Source: Mobula hypostoma
Lineage: Eukaryota
Reading direction: 5' to 3'
Length of the DNA: 64,000 bases
Assembly: GCF_963921235.1 (NCBI RefSeq)
Contig: NC_086108.1
Coordinates: 30,134,001 to 30,198,000, forward strand
The notes beneath the pieces are model-generated. The model had not been told where the DNA came from. It searched no databases and worked only from the letters and a program-made list of their open reading frames with translations. A program made the translations under genes and the position numbers. The number at the start of each line of letters is the position of its first letter. Within the stretch, counting starts at the first letter, position 1. This document shows positions 61,652-64,000 of the stretch, piece by piece.

Positions 61652-62489
61652 CTGGAGAAAAAGAAAGTCCATTGTGAAGAGATACTGCTCATCATGAGCT
61701 CTGTTACTTTAAATGAGACAACACAGATCTAGACAGATGTTGTTAGCAGATAACATTTATCTATTAAGTTATAGAGAACAACTGGAGAGAAGCCAAGGAG
61801 AATTACTTTAATGCAAGACATCCTCATCATGGTGCTGCAGGGAGATGAGCTTTTAAATAGGTTCAGTGTTATTTTCGGTGGGACTGGGCTGTGTTGAAGA
61901 GGTTTTGGTGGGTTGTAAATGTGTAATGTGATTTCTGTACAAATGATTCAATGGACATCACTGGTGATAATTGGAATTTCCTCTCCATTTTTTCATTGAA
62001 ATTGACAGTATATCAGTGGACTGGCACTGCAGAGTACTGTGTCATCTAGCTGCCATTTGAAGCCCCTGGCATTGTGGCAATGGGTGGATAATCATACCCT
62101 CCACCAGAATGGTATTCAGGGTCTCTGCTAATCTGCTTTTAAACTCAGTTCAATTCAATGGTGTTAATGTGCTGTACATTGCTGTCAGAATGCTCCAAGA
62201 ACTTCGACCCACTACCTGGATGCATTGAGGAACTCAACTGGCCACTCAGCAACTTCAGTAGTTGCTATCTGGAACGTACTGCCAAAGGAGGTGGTGGGAT
62301 CAGATAAAATTGTTTAAGAGACATTTAGGCATACACTTGAGGCCAAAAAGGATACAATACTAACACAAGCTAGTGGGATTAATGAAGGTGGTTAAAAAAT
62401 GATCAACATGGTAGGCTGAATGGTCTGTTTCTGTGCTCTGTTACAATTAAAGCAAGTAAATGTTATCAAAGCACACAATATAATGTCAG

Positions 62490-63165
62490 AATCAGAATTA
62501 ATTATCACTGCCATATGTCATTAAATTTGTCAATTTTGTAGCAGGACAATGCAACACAATAATAGAGAACAAGCTGAATTGAAGTATGAATATACAGCAT
62601 ATATTAAATGGTTAAATTAAATAAGTAGAGCAAAAAAAAAGTAGTGGGGTAATGTTCATGGATTCAATGTCCATTCAGAAAATGAATGGCAGAGGGGAAG
62701 AAGCTGTTCCTGAGTCGTTGGGTGTGTGCCTTCAGGCTTCTGTACCTCCTTCCTGATGGTAGCAATGAGAAGAGGGTATGTCCTGGGTGATGGGGGTCCT
62801 TAATGATGGACACTACCTTTCTAAGGCACCACCTGTTAAAGATGTCCCGGATACTATGGAGGCTTAGTGCCCATGATGGAGCTGACTGATGTCACAACAC
62901 TGTGCAGTAGCCACTCATACCCGACGGTGGTACAGCCAGTTAGAATCCACTCCGCAGTACATCTGTAGAAACACCTTAGTGTTTTGGTGACATATCAAAT
63001 CTCAAGTTTGTAATGAAATATAGCAGTTATGCCTTCTCTATAGGTGCATGGATATGTTGGGCCTCAGCGATATTGACACCCAGGAAGTGGAAATTGCTCA
63101 CGCTTTCCACTTCAGATCCAGCTATGAGGACTGGTGTGTGTTCCCTCATTTTACCCTTTCTGAAG
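62490..63165 (-). mobile_element. Rex1/Babar-like LINE 3' fragment in a PRDX6 intron
   Basis: (TCAGAA)n tail and aagaagctgttcctgag...ttcctgatggtagc motif. Confidence 0.7.
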
Positions 63166-63349
63166 GGTAATGTGAATGGGGGAAAAAAAAGCCAGGGGTC
63201 ATCATACTTGGATTATTTTAGCTTGTCAGCAAGGCAGCTCAAAGAACTAAGTACTCTCATCAAACAAAGCTGGTTAATTCAGCACGTCTTATAAAACTTG
63301 GCAAATTGGGAACAGGGTTGTTGATGCAAGAGGACTCAACTTCCTCAGA

Positions 63350-63697
63350 ATACTTTACTGTGCGAAAGTCTTCGGTGCATATATTGTACATAGCGAGAGT
63401 GCCCAAGACCTTGGCACAACACTGCAGTAATTTCATGCACTGCACCGCTGCCGCAAAAAAACAAATTTCATGACATATGGAACGGGAATCATGGTTGTGA
63501 AGAGAGAGGATGCAGCAGAAAGCAGCAGAGAGACATCTTGTAATAATCAATAAAAGCAATTGTTTGGAATCAAGTGACTTTGCCTGATGTGTCAGGGTTG
63601 GGTGCGTCTGACAAATACAGTACTATGTAAAAGTCTTAGTTATATACCCTACTTATATACGTATACATGCGCCCATGAGTTTTGCACAGTACTACAG
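63350..63697. mobile_element. Composite non-autonomous element with mini-palindromes, related to 29552-30073 in opposite orientation
   Basis: tactgtgcgaaagtctt...gcacaacactg and cagtactatgtaaaagtctt...ttttgcacagtact. The internal tttggaatcaa..ttgcctg.tgt.tcaggg mirrors ~29763-29808. Confidence 0.6.
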
Positions 63698-64000
63698 ACT
63701 GGGACCTCTTTGGTGCAAGATGTGTAGACATGGCAGAATCTGTTGTTGGGTGCATAGAAGAGGGTTTCATAAATTAGTATGTTGATAGTCCAGCAATCCA
63801 ATTAGAGAAGCAGCCATACTGAACCTGGGATTGGCAAATGAGCCTGGGCAGGTGACCGACCTTTCAGTTGGAGAAAACTTAAGAGAACAGTGACCACAAC
63901 ATTAAAGATAACTATGAATAATGCTGAGTAGATATAGGTCTTGCAGGGGAATACTTCCTTCCATGTTCCAAAGATGTACAGGTTACAAAGGGTTAGTACA

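Noticed and set aside
61652..64000. Further upstream PRDX6 exons
   Set aside because: I found no matching coding sequence, so they presumably lie beyond the window.

Overview
Repeat-dense vertebrate genomic DNA. The CR1, Penelope, V-SINE, L1 and Rex repertoire suggests a cartilaginous fish; this is inference and was not tested. The only host gene I recognise is PRDX6: its last two coding exons lie on the minus strand at 61505-61651 and 60788-60916, and its 5' part is beyond the right edge. The rest is nested mobile DNA. At the left is a decayed Gypsy element carrying a three-deep stack of DNA transposons. An L1 sits inside another L1 with a 77-bp target duplication, and there are several Penelope copies with hammerhead-like cores. 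A second Gypsy element has its 3' LTR interrupted by a defective but near-complete endogenous retrovirus (41544-50289, minus strand; tRNA-Arg PBS, gag, pol, env), and that retrovirus itself carries a solo LTR. There is also a Chapaev3-like transposase remnant and two local duplications that look like templated insertions. I found no convincing new host-encoded system. The best novelty candidates are the retrovirus, the 6-bp-TSD transposon, the long target duplication and the templated duplications. Family names come from motif recognition, not database searches, and repeat boundaries without a stated TSD are approximate.
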